From Gemmatimonadales bacterium (GTDB lineage Bacteria; Gemmatimonadota; Gemmatimonadetes; Gemmatimonadales; GWC2-71-9): 64,000 nt of DNA. The stretch is from the NCBI GenBank assembly GCA_965249575.1, contig OZ252244.1:896001-960000 (forward strand), written 5' to 3'. Within the stretch, counting starts at the first letter, position 1, and every line of letters starts with the position of its first letter. Shown here piece by piece: positions 50,132-60,085 of the stretch. The notes beneath the pieces are model-generated. The model saw nothing but the letters and a program-made list of their open reading frames with translations. It searched no databases and was not told the DNA's origin. The position numbers and the translations under genes were made by a program.

Positions 50132-50503
50132 ATGGGTCGCAGCATGCTCGCCGTGGTTGCCGGAGCGGTGCTCTGGGCAGTCCTCTGGCTTGGATCCAAT
50201 TCCGCCCTCGCCGCCATGTTTCCCGAGATCGTGGTGGCGGATCAGTACCTCGGCCACGTGGGCATGCTCCTCACGTTCCTCGCGTTGAGCGTCGTCTTTT
50301 CAGTGCTGGCCGGCCTGGCAACTGGATTGATCGACCGCGGGCGGGCGGTAAGGCACGGCATTGCGCTCGGCGTGTTGCAGTTGGCGCTGGGAATCGGGTT
50401 CGAGATGTCCTACTGGCCACTGCTACCAGTTTGGTATCATCTGACATTTCTGGCACTGCTGCTGCCAGCGAACGTGTCCGGTGCGTGGCTCGTGCGGGCA
50501 TGA
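50132..50503 (+). CDS. Four-TM hypothetical membrane protein
   Basis: AAGGAG RBS; RSMLAVVAG start and PVWY motif; four hydrophobic segments. Confidence 0.8.
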   Translation: MGRSMLAVVAGAVLWAVLWLGSNSALAAMFPEIVVADQYLGHVGMLLTFLALSVVFSVLAGLATGLIDRGRAVRHGIALGVLQLALGIGFEMSYWPLLPVWYHLTFLALLLPANVSGAWLVRA

Positions 50504-50575
50504 TGAGGAGTGGTGCTTATCTGACGGCGACCCCACCCTTGGCAACACACCTGAAAACCCGTCTCTCGTCGATCC

Positions 50576-51329
50576 TTACGGGATCACCCAGCTTTGCCCG
50601 TCGATTACCCGATCGAATGCAAAGTGGTGATACAGCAGGTTGCCGGCCCCGTCGTAGCTCTCGGCTTCGGACCACGAGCCGATCTCTACGGTCGATCCGC
50701 GCGGAAGGAAGGCGCCGAGCGTCGTGATGGGGTAGCGCGCAAGGGCGTAGTCGAAGCCCGGCCCGCCTTCGCCCAGCTCGCCCTCGAGGTGACCGACGTG
50801 GTTGTGGATGTCGCCGTCGGGGAAATCCCAGTTGGTATACACCTGGTGGCGCTGGCCGTACTCGAAGCTCACCGCGAAGAAGATGTCCACGCCGGAGACT
50901 CCCTCCCCCGACCCGCCGGTTCCTTGGTCGCCGTCCGTGTTGAGGGCGATATTCATCCCCTGGTTCGTGATCCATTGCTCTTCGACTTCGCCGTTCGCCG
51001 GCACGTGAACGACGATCGACGGAACGATCCCCGCGTAGGTGACGCGCATGTAGAGGAAATCGCCGTCGATCCCCACAGCCACCTCGGTCACGTCCACCGG
51101 CGGATACGACACCGGCCCCGAGTAGGGCGGGCCTGCCATCGATGGTGGAAGTGCCTCTTGATCGCCCAGGCCGTCGGTGAAGACCGTTGAGCACCGCCGC
51201 CATGTCGGCTGGCCACGGGTCGCCGAAGGTCGTGACCTCGGGTCCAGTCTGTCCGGTACCGGCCGAGTCGCTGCAGCCGGTCAGCCCCAGGCTCGCGAGA
51301 CCCGTCATGATGGCAATGGCACGGAGCAT
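50576..51329 (-). pseudogene. Acidic hypothetical lipoprotein; frameshift near 51190
   Basis: LTGC lipobox in the ORF 50517 frame; body (DGDFLYMRV, IALNTDGDQGTGG) in the ORF 50576 frame. Confidence 0.65.
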
Positions 51330-51482
51330 CGGTGCGCCCCCACGGATTAGATGAGAAGGTCGTCCGTGGAGGGAGTATCGACCGCAATCAGTAGAATTTG
51401 AGCGACTGCAAGCGAGCCCTACCACCTCACGGATAGGGGTGGCATCTTCTGACGGGCAACCCGCGTAGGAGCGTTTTGACAC

Positions 51483-54096
51483 GTGGCTGACATTCTCGAG
51501 CGCCTGAAAGCCGCTGTCGCGGATCGGTACGCCATCGAGCGCGAGATCGGGAGTGGCGGGATGGCGACCGTCTACCTGGCCGAAGATCTCAGGCACCACC
51601 GAAACGTCGCGATCAAAGTTCTCAAGCCCGACCTCGCGGCGATGCTCGGAGCTGAGCGGTTCCTGCGCAAGATCGAGATCGCGGCACATCTCACCCATGC
51701 GCACATCCTCCCGCTATACGACTCGGGCGAAGCCGGCGGATTCCTTTACTACGTGATGCCCTACGTCGCAGGTGAGTCGCTCAGGGCAAGACTGGCGCGT
51801 GAGGGCGAGCTGCCGATTCCCGAGGCAGTTCGGATTCTACACAACGTCGTCGACGCGTTGGCATCGGCGCACAAGCAGGGTGTGGTGCATCGGGACATCA
51901 AGCCCGACAACGTGCTCCTCTCAGAGAAGCATGGCTATGTGACCGACTTCGGCGTGGCCAAGGCGGTGAGCGAAGCGACCGGCCGGCATCAACTGACCAC
52001 CGCGGGCGTGGCGCTCGGGACGCCGACCTACATGGCGCCGGAGCAGGGAGCCGCCGATCCGCACATCGATCATCGTGCGGACATCTATGCCGTCGAGATC
52101 CTGGCCTATGAGCTACTGACCGGACATCCGCCGTTCACCGGCACGACCGCGCAGGAGGTCCTGGTCGCGCACATGACCGAAGCGCCCAGACCGGTCACGA
52201 CGCATCGAGAGACGGTACCGCCCCCGCTGGCCGAGTTCGTGATGAAAAGCCTCGAGAAGAAACCGGCCGACCGCTGGCAGAGCGCCGAGGAGATGCTCAC
52301 GTGGCTCGAAGGGCTAGCGACGCCGACGGGTGGAGTGACCCCCACCGCGACGGCCCCGGTGGCGGTACGACAGCGACCCGCAACTAAACTCGCCGTCGCC
52401 ACTGGCGTCGTGGTCGCGGTTGCGGTCTTGGGGTTCCTCGGGTGGGCGTCGCTCAGGCGCAGCGGCCCCGCGATCACCTTCTCCAACACTCGGCAGATCA
52501 CACGCGCGCCGGAGATCGAATTCGAGCCGGCGATCTCGCCCGATGGCAAGGAGGTGGCCTACACTGCCGGCTTTGTTATCGAAATGCACATCTATGTCCG
52601 AGATCTCGCCGGAGGGCGACCGATCGCGCTCACGGCCGATCGCGCGGGATCGCGGCAGTTCCGTCCAACATGGACGCCCGACGGGAGTAGTATCGCGTTC
52701 ACTGAAGCAGGAGCCGGGCAGCACCTCGTCCCCCGCTTCGGTGGTGTCAGTCGGCGAGTCCCAGGCGGCATCTTCCACCAGGACCGGGTGGCATACCGAC
52801 GGCAGGATAGCCTGCTGATCAGTCCGGTGGCCGGCGGCGAGGCGGTCTTCGTAGCCCAGGTCCCGCTGGACGCCCATTCCATAGCATGGTCGCCGAACGG
52901 CGCGATGGTTGCCTACGTAGTGGGAAACCCTTTTTACGTGCAGCTCGGAAACCTCGGCAACATCGCGCCGAGCTCCATCTGGATTGCGGGGGTTGATGAC
53001 GGTGAGCTAATCGAGGTCGCCAATCAAGGCTCTCTCAACGTGAGTCCGGCATGGCTCCCAGATAGCCGCCAACTGCTCTTCGTGTCGAACCGGGGCGGGC
53101 CGCGCGACGTATATGTCGTGCGCGTCCGCGGTACCGGGCGTCCGGTGGGAGATCCAGTGCGAATTACAACGGGTCTCAATCCACATTCCATTTCACTCTC
53201 CTCTGACGGGACCGTTGCCGCTTACTCTCAGTTTGCTTTCCGGCGCAACGTGTGGGCGGTTGAGCTGCCATCCTCGGGCAACGTGTCTCTCTCACAAGCC
53301 CGTCCGTTGACCACGGGAAACCAGACCGTGGAGGCGCACGACGTTTCGCCTGACGGGGAGTGGCTCGCCTTCGACTCGAACCTGCACGGGACGCAAGACA
53401 TCTACATGATGCCGACTGCCGGCGGAGAGCCGCGACGTGTGACGACGGATCCGGGCGACGATTTCCATCCGAGTTTCTCGCCGAGCGGACGGGAGATGGT
53501 GTTCCACTCGACGCGCCATGGCACCCGGGACGTGTTCCTCATCGGGACCGACGGCACCGGTGAAGTACGGCTCACCGACAGTCCCGGCGACGAAATGAAC
53601 CCCGAGTTTTCGCCCGACGGTCACCACATCGCTTTTCGCGCGTTGGGGAGCGCCATCTCCTTGATGACCCGCGACTCACCGAGTGGGCAGTGGAGCCAAC
53701 CCCAGCCAATCGTCCCGGTTAACTCCAACTTCAGCTGGTCGCCAGACAGCCGGTATCTGACCTATAGGACTAGGTCCGGGCAGGCGTTGGAGGTCGCCTC
53801 ACTCGACGGCAAACGAAGGGTCCTCGTCGAGGGGGGGGACCGCCGATCTTGAAGCCATGACGCAGCCCACGTGGTCCGGGGACGGCCAGTCGATCTACTT
53901 CCGCGCATCCACGGCGGATGGCGCTCGCAATCTCTATGCGGTGAGCCCCGCCGGTGGACAGCCCCGGCTGGCGGTCCGCTTCGACGACCCGACGAAGGTC
54001 CCCTCCTTTACCATCTCGTCCTTTCGAGAGACCCTCTACGTGTCCGTCACGGAATACGAGAGCGACATCTACGTAATGGATTTGGAGATCAGGTAG
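51483..54096 (+). pseudogene. Ser/Thr kinase - TM - TolB/PD40 beta-propeller; frameshift in G8 run 53831-38
   Basis: IGSGGMATV, VAIK, HRDIKPDN, DFG, YMAPEQ; multiple PxWSPDG repeats; removing one G joins ORF 53857 (EGGTADLEAMTQPTWSGDG). Confidence 0.88.
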
Positions 54097-54107
54097 GCGG
54101 GGAAGGC

Positions 54108-54243
54108 AGGTGTCAGGGACAAAACAGGTGTCAGGTTCCAGGGGTCAGGTGTCGGGGAGGGCAAGACCGGTCTCGGGTCTCAGGGACCCGTCCAGGTCAC
54201 GCGTAGTAGATCCCGACTGACAGCCGACGCCGGACACCTGACA
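54108..54243. repeat. CAGGTGT/CAGGTTC heptamer-based REP-like element with inverted arm
   Basis: caggtgtcagg...aacaggtgtcaggttccaggggtcaggtgtc ... ggacacctgaca. Confidence 0.65.
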
Positions 54244-54403
54244 TCTCTCGCAACCCGGCAGGACTTGGGCCCACTGTCGACGCTCCGCTGACCATCTTCA
54301 CGACCGCGTCAACGCCGCAGGCGACCCGATCCATCGCGTCAGTGCAACGCAGTCCACGCGAACCCAACCCGCCCGTTCATGCGGAACTCGTGGTGAGGGG
54401 TTA

Positions 54404-54437
54404 CATGAACAGCATGCCGTTCATCATCGCATACATC
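54404..54437. repeat. Exact 34-bp direct copy of 49214-49247 (3' part of the SRPBCC gene)
   Basis: CATGAACAGCATGCCGTTCATCATCGCATACATC is present at both positions. Confidence 0.95.
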
Positions 54438-54570
54438 ATCCGCGTTGCGCAGGTCGACGCCGAACGCCCCGTTGGTGATCGTCGCCGTCGGCCGTTAGGG
54501 TGGACGGGTGGCTCTGGAGAACCGACACCCGTACGTTTCAAGCCGTTAGGTAAAACGGGAGGATGTCAGC

Positions 54571-55491
54571 ATGTCGATCCGACCCATTAAGCGCTTGGCC
54601 AAGGCACAGCCGACCCGCGAGGGTGCGGGTGTCCGCCTGGACCGAGCGTTCGGATTTGGCGGTACTTCAGATTTCGATCCTTTCCTGCTTCTCGATGACT
54701 TCCGCAACGAACGGCCAGAAGACTACTTGCCCGGCTTTCCGTGGCACCCGCATCGCGGAATCGAAACGATCACCTACGTACTCGCCGGCACCGTCGCCCA
54801 CGGCGACAGCATCGGAAACGAAGGGATCATCGAGGCTGGCGACGTACAGTGGATGACGGCCGGCAGCGGCATCATCCATCAGGAGATGCCGAAGGGAGAT
54901 CCGGACGGCCGCATGCACGGCTTCCAGCTGTGGGCAAATCTGCCCTCGTCGCTCAAGATGACGGCGCCGCGATACCAGGAAGTGAAGGCCGGCGACGTGC
55001 CCGTAGTCACCGACGACGACGGAACCCAAGTCCGAGTCGTGTGCGGGTCCTTTTGGGGAGAGAAGGGGCCGGTGGATGGGATTGCGGCCGACCCCGTCTA
55101 CGTGGATGTGTCCGTTCCGCCAGGGAAGAGCAAGTCCTTGTCGGTAGCGACCGCCCACCATGGCTTCGCGTATGTGTTCGCCGGAAGCGGACAGTTTTCT
55201 GATGCCTCGCAGCCGCTCGCCGTGCCCACCGAGACTTTCGACACGGGGGACTCGCCGCCCGTGCCCGTGGAGGAGGTCGACAATCGATCCCTGGTGCTCT
55301 TCGACCGAGGAGACGAGGTCACGGTTCAGGCCGGTGAAGAGGGAATCCGGTTCCTGCTCGTTTCGGGGAAGCCCTTGAGGGAACCGGTCGCGTGGCGCGG
55401 ACCGATCGTGATGAACACTCAAGAGGAGCTGCGCCGGGCATACGAAGACCTTCAGCGTGGTACGTTCCTGCAGACGGGTGGGGGTGCGTAG
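54571..55491 (+). CDS. Pirin family protein
   Basis: EGAGV, DPFLLLD, HPHRGIETITY, VQWMTAGSGIIHQEMP, FQLWANLP, GPIVMNT; GGAGG RBS. Confidence 0.96.
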   Translation: MSIRPIKRLAKAQPTREGAGVRLDRAFGFGGTSDFDPFLLLDDFRNERPEDYLPGFPWHPHRGIETITYVLAGTVAHGDSIGNEGIIEAGDVQWMTAGSGIIHQEMPKGDPDGRMHGFQLWANLPSSLKMTAPRYQEVKAGDVPVVTDDDGTQVRVVCGSFWGEKGPVDGIAADPVYVDVSVPPGKSKSLSVATAHHGFAYVFAGSGQFSDASQPLAVPTETFDTGDSPPVPVEEVDNRSLVLFDRGDEVTVQAGEEGIRFLLVSGKPLREPVAWRGPIVMNTQEELRRAYEDLQRGTFLQTGGGA

Positions 55492-55644
55492 TAAATGGTA
55501 AATGGTAAATGGTAAATGGTAAATGGTGAGTGGTGAGTGGTGAGTGGTGAGTGGTGAGTGGTGAGTGGTGAGTGGTGAGTGGTGAGTGGTGAGTGGTGAG
55601 TGGTGAGTGGTGAGTGGTGAGTGGTGAGTGGTGAGTGGTGAGTG
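55491..55644 (+). repeat. Perfect heptamer tandem array (GTAAATG)5(GTGAGTG)17
   Basis: Counted directly: 22 units, 154 bp, starting at the pirin stop codon. Confidence 0.97.
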
Positions 55645-55874
55645 GGACCAAGGAGTAGCGCGTACAGCTTGGCAACCAACCCCAACCCCTGGCCTCTGGT
55701 CCCCGACCCCTGACCTCTGACACCGTGTCGCCTGTCCAAGCAACGAGACAAACGCCCACCTTCGAGCGCGGTGGCACAACCGCAAGTCATAACCCAACAA
55801 CCGCTTGTGCAAGCGGCGACCACCGGCATGTGGTTTGCGATCAAACCGAACATCACTACACACCTGGAGGCACC

Positions 55875-56556
55875 ATGCGTGAAGTACCGCTGTTCTCTGC
55901 GGTCGTACTGTTGGCGAGTGCCGCGGGCACGCTCCAGGCCCAGGAGCTGCGCGAATCGCCGCGCGCGTGGTTGGGCGCGAGTGGCACCCTAGGCCGGCCC
56001 GTCGGTGAGTTTCAGCAATTCGTCGATTGGGGTGGAGGACTGGACGTCTACAGCGTGATCCCGGTCTTCGGCCAGTCGCCCTTCGGCATGCGGCTCGAGG
56101 GCTCACTCACGTTGTACGGCCACGAGGAGTATCAGGCCCCGCTGAGCACGACGGTGAGCAGAGTGACCGTCGACGTGAACACGGCCAACTTCATCGCCGG
56201 GCTCGGCGTCGGCCCGCAGGTCACGCTCGGACACGGACGCATTCGGGACCGCTGGGCTCTCCTACTTCGCCACGGTCTCGTCGGTTGGCTCGGATTCCGA
56301 CGACGAGCTCTCGAGCACCAACTTCGACGACGGGACGTTGGCTCTCTCCGCTGGCGGTGGGTTGCTGATCGGCCTGTCGCGCGGGAGCCATCCAGTATCG
56401 ATGGATCTCTCGGTGGTCACGCGTCACAACGGCGAGGCGGAGTACCTGCGGCGCGGCGGCATCACCGAGAACGCGGACGGGTCGCTCACGCTCGATACGA
56501 TACGGAGTCAGGCAAATCTCGTGAGCTTTCGGATGGGGGTCGCCGTTGGGTTGTGA
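55875..56556 (+). pseudogene. Outer-membrane beta-barrel-like protein; frameshift/short deletion near 56245
   Basis: GGAGG RBS, signal LQA/Q, alternating beta strands; continues as GTAGLSYFAT...TNFDD...FRMGVAVGL*. Confidence 0.7.
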
Positions 56557-56579
56557 ACAGGTGTCAAGTTCCAGTGTCA

Positions 56580-56859
56580 GGGGCACGTTCCTCTTCGCCA
56601 GCGGGACGCGGTACGTAGGGGAGTCGCCCGCGGCACCCGCGAAGGGGAGGGTGTCATAAAGCTGTTGACCGGCGCGCGATATTCGGGCGCGATCCGTGAG
56701 GGCGTCTTCCACGGACGAGGTACTTTGGAGTACGTTGATGGAGGCTACGAGGGAGATTGGGAGTTAGGGAAGCGCCACGGGGAGGGACGGGAAGAATACG
56801 CCTCGGGGAATGTGCTGACCGGGCTCTTTGAGGAGGATCGAATGGTGAGGGGCCGGTGA
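56580..56859 (+). pseudogene. MORN-repeat protein remnant
   Basis: GARYSG...FHGRG, YEGDWELGKRHGEG, YASGNVLTGLF; degraded upstream repeat (SGTRYVGE), no credible start. Confidence 0.7.
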
Positions 56860-56991
56860 GGGCGGGGACACCTAACCGAGTGTTGGCAATGTCCGATCCG
56901 GAGTAGACCGACAGAAGACCATGGTCCAACAGTACAGTGCACCTGCGCCCGCCATCGCAACGCGGAGCTAGAGGAAGACTCCAGGGCACTC

Positions 56992-57060
56992 GTGAACCAG
57001 GTTTCAGGTTCCAGGTATCGGTCCCAGGGAAGGCTCCTCGTAGCACCTGACACCTGTTTA
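56992..57060. repeat. Heptamer-based REP-like hairpin element
   Basis: caggtttcaggttccagg...cacctgacacctgttt; same family as 54108 and 56557. Confidence 0.6.
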
Positions 57061-57121
57061 CATGCCGGCGGGACATCCACCCCCCCCTGCTTATTGATCG
57101 GCGACCCTCGACGCACCACTC

Positions 57122-58753
57122 CTACCACATCTGCGGTAGCTCCTCACCGGATCGAGGCTCGAGTCGTCGGGCCCGATAGGTGCCGAGCGAGACCAGCTTG
57201 CGCAGCACCTGATGATTGCGGAACGGGTGACTCCGGACTAGGGCGGCCACGAGGCGGCGGGAGATGCGCAGCAGCCACACGGTGAGGACCTCCACCCCGC
57301 CCACGAGGAATTCTTCCTTTCGCGCGACGACGCCCTCGAGAATGCGGCGGGCGCACTCGTCCGGCTCCATACCCTGGAGATGCACCAGCATCCGTTTCCC
57401 AAATCGGCGGCCGCTCCCGGTCAGCGCGTTGACCGTGATCGGTGTGTTGATGAACCCGGGGAGGACAAGGGTTACCTGGATATTGTGATCGCGCACTTCG
57501 CATCGAAGTGAATCGAAGAACCCATGCAAGGCGTGTTTGGAGGCAGCATATGCACTCATCCGGGGGACGCCGTACTTCCCAGCCACACTGCTCACGACCA
57601 CGATCGTGCCGCACCGCCGCCGGAGCATCGACGGCAAGATGGCGTTGGTGAGCGCCACGGGTGCGAAGTAGTTGGTCTCCATCACCTGCCGGTGGATATC
57701 GACCGGTAGGTCGACGGCGAGGTCCCGGGCCGCTATCCCGGCATTGTGAATGACCCAGTCGACGTGGCCGGTGATCGCGAGTGCCCTCTCTACCGCTCGA
57801 GGGCGCGCCGCTCCGTCGGTCAGGTCGAGGGGCATGACATGGACCTCGGCCTCGCCCTCGCACTCGGCGGCAACGGCTTGCAGTCGGTGCACGCTTCGGG
57901 CGGACAGGATCACCGCCGCCCCGGCCCGATGCGCCAGAAGCGCCAGCGACCGCCCGATACCCGAGGACGCCCCGGTGATCCACACCACCTTGCCCCGGAG
58001 CGATCCCTTCCCGCACTGCCCCGGCGGCGCGGAACTCACCGCGGGCGCGGCGTCGGCGATCAACCCGGCGTGCAGGTCACGCACCGCGGCCATGGCGCGA
58101 TCGACGATGGCCTGGGCTGTCTCTCTCCCTGCGGGTCGCGCATACAGATCGGCGCATTCCACGGGATCGCCAAACGTGATCCGGAGACGCTGGCGGATCC
58201 GCGGCCGTGGGCGCTCGTAGGGCATCGCGTCGAGCAGCCTGTCCACCGCCACCGGAACGATCCGCGGGTGGGTCCGCCACGCCACGTACCCGGCTCCCGG
58301 GCGGGCGGCGAGGATGGTCCCGTCGGGAGACCGCCGCCCCTCGGGGAAAAAGATCGTCGTGCCATCGGGCAGTTCCTCGCACATCCGCCGCATCGCCGAC
58401 GCGTCCCTCCGGCCACGGCAGACCGGGATGCACCGGAGATGTCGAGCCAGCCACGCAACTACCCGGCTACGAAACCAGTATTCCGAAGCGGCGAGACTCC
58501 AGGGATGCAGAGAGGGTCGCCACAAGGTCTGCGGGAAGAGCGCCGCCAACGTGATCAGGAACGGATCGAGCGGAGACTGATGGTTGGAGACGAACATCAG
58601 GTTCGCCTTCCAGTCGCCGCGGTAGCCCCGCACGATCGTCGTGCGATTCAACACGAAGAAGTACACCCAGGCCACGAGGGAGCATGCGTTGGTGACGGCG
58701 AAAGCGGTCAGCCTCCATCCCCAGCTTCCACGGCGCGACGTTGCGGCGTTCAT
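57122..58753 (-). CDS. Fusion: PlsC-family acyltransferase + DHRS7-like SDR reductase
   Basis: NHQSPLD and FPEGRRS acyltransferase motifs, then WITGASSGIG, HNAG, VSSVAG, YAASK in one 543-aa frame; ATGA coupling. Confidence 0.88.
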   Translation of the reverse strand: MNAATSRRGSWGWRLTAFAVTNACSLVAWVYFFVLNRTTIVRGYRGDWKANLMFVSNHQSPLDPFLITLAALFPQTLWRPSLHPWSLAASEYWFRSRVVAWLARHLRCIPVCRGRRDASAMRRMCEELPDGTTIFFPEGRRSPDGTILAARPGAGYVAWRTHPRIVPVAVDRLLDAMPYERPRPRIRQRLRITFGDPVECADLYARPAGRETAQAIVDRAMAAVRDLHAGLIADAAPAVSSAPPGQCGKGSLRGKVVWITGASSGIGRSLALLAHRAGAAVILSARSVHRLQAVAAECEGEAEVHVMPLDLTDGAARPRAVERALAITGHVDWVIHNAGIAARDLAVDLPVDIHRQVMETNYFAPVALTNAILPSMLRRRCGTIVVVSSVAGKYGVPRMSAYAASKHALHGFFDSLRCEVRDHNIQVTLVLPGFINTPITVNALTGSGRRFGKRMLVHLQGMEPDECARRILEGVVARKEEFLVGGVEVLTVWLLRISRRLVAALVRSHPFRNHQVLRKLVSLGTYRARRLEPRSGEELPQMW

Positions 58754-59187
58754 TGCCCGGACCACGAGACCAGTGCGATCCACAGGAACTGTGCCGGGAT
58801 ACGCCACGCCGGCGCCGTGGCAAGTCCGCCCCGAAGCCGCAGCGATTTCCGGGCGACCCGCACGTTGGCCGGGAGTTTCAGCACCAGCAGAACGAGGAGC
58901 GCCGCCGCCGCCACCCGACGGGCCACGTCGGTGATCAACCCGATCCCCCCGGCGATCTGCCAAATGCCCAGGATGATGACGACGAGAGCCGGCCGGGGAA
59001 TCACGGGTGGGACGAGCCGTTCGACATCCCGGCCCAAGGGAGTGAAATGCGCGGTGCCCATGATGATGAAGGTGGTGCCCGTCGCCCAGCGGGCGGCCTG
59101 AACCCACGAATCCAAGGCGTCCACCCCCACCGCACCCACCATGCGGAGGGCCAGAGCCAGGACGATCACGATGAAAACGGGACTCAT
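58750..59187 (-). CDS. DoxX-like membrane protein
   Basis: GTAHFT...VPPVIP...GIWQIAGGIGL...PANV...RIPAQ pattern. Confidence 0.8.
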   Translation of the reverse strand: MSPVFIVIVLALALRMVGAVGVDALDSWVQAARWATGTTFIIMGTAHFTPLGRDVERLVPPVIPRPALVVIILGIWQIAGGIGLITDVARRVAAAALLVLLVLKLPANVRVARKSLRLRGGLATAPAWRIPAQFLWIALVSWSGQ

Positions 59188-59191
59188 GAGA

Positions 59192-60085
59192 TCACGGCCC
59201 CGGAGCGCACCATCGCGCGCGCAGCCGGTCGAGCTCATCCGGGCGGAAGAAGTGCCTGACCTCCGGAGTGTCGTAGAAACGATCCACGTAGGCCCGCGGG
59301 AGCGTGATGCGATTGAGCAGATCGACGTACCGCCGCCCGTTGGCCTTCCGGGCCTGGATGTTGGTGTGCTTCCAGCGGAGCTCCGCCAGGCCCAGGAAGC
59401 CGCGGAGCGCCTCTGCGCCCACCTGGCTCAGTCGGTCGGCCCGGATGAGGAGCACTTCGGCAATGGGCCCCGGGTACACGTGGTACCCGGCGTCAACGTC
59501 AAACGGGACATCAAGAGGGTTCACGTGGAACACCCGGCGCAGTTCGTCGTCGAACCACCGCATGCAATTGATCTGCGACGGGAAGGCCCGCTCGAACCGC
59601 TCGAAGACCGCTAGCGGGTCGAGGGTGTCAGTATCGCGACTGGACCCGAAATCCGGCATCAACCGCCCACCGAGGTGGAAGAGGAGCGACAGGTTCCTGG
59701 CGATCGGGTCGCGGACGAGCGTGATGACCTTCCAGCGGCCGGGTGTCACCCCGCGTCGCAGCTGCTCTTCGAGATACCGACTCACCAGGAGGTGTCCCGC
59801 CCAAGGCAACGACGGTACCCTGCACCGCCGGTAAAACCGTTCCATCGTCTCGATACCGTCTCTGGTCAGCGTATGTACGTGAAACACCGGCTGCCCCGGC
59901 TTCGAGCGCCGAACCGAGTGCAGCACCGTCTTGGACGCGACCTTGGCCATCTGGTACACGAGCACTGCGGGTCGTGTCCGGAGGTCTTCGAGTCCGCGAG
60001 CATGGAAGACCATCTTCGCCATCGGATAGGCCAGCCGGAGCGCCGTCGGCGTGGACGGAGGGGGATCGGTGAGGGTGTAGTTCAT
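59192..60085 (-). CDS. Sulfotransferase-fold 'putative capsular polysaccharide synthesis' protein
   Basis: VYQMAKVASKTV (5'-PSB-like), ITLVRDPIARNLS (3'-PB), WFDDEL, HFF. Confidence 0.78.
   Translation of the reverse strand: MNYTLTDPPPSTPTALRLAYPMAKMVFHARGLEDLRTRPAVLVYQMAKVASKTVLHSVRRSKPGQPVFHVHTLTRDGIETMERFYRRCRVPSLPWAGHLLVSRYLEEQLRRGVTPGRWKVITLVRDPIARNLSLLFHLGGRLMPDFGSSRDTDTLDPLAVFERFERAFPSQINCMRWFDDELRRVFHVNPLDVPFDVDAGYHVYPGPIAEVLLIRADRLSQVGAEALRGFLGLAELRWKHTNIQARKANGRRYVDLLNRITLPRAYVDRFYDTPEVRHFFRPDELDRLRARWCAPGP

Noticed and set aside
53831..53838. Phase variation at the G8 run of the kinase gene
   Set aside because: A single-base homopolymer indel near the 3' end is the typical long-read error; it cannot be supported without reads.
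55491..55644. CRISPR array, or ORFs encoding (HHSPLTT)n
   Set aside because: Pure 7-bp tandem repeat with no spacers and no cas genes; the His-rich ORFs are incidental translations of the repeat's reverse strand.
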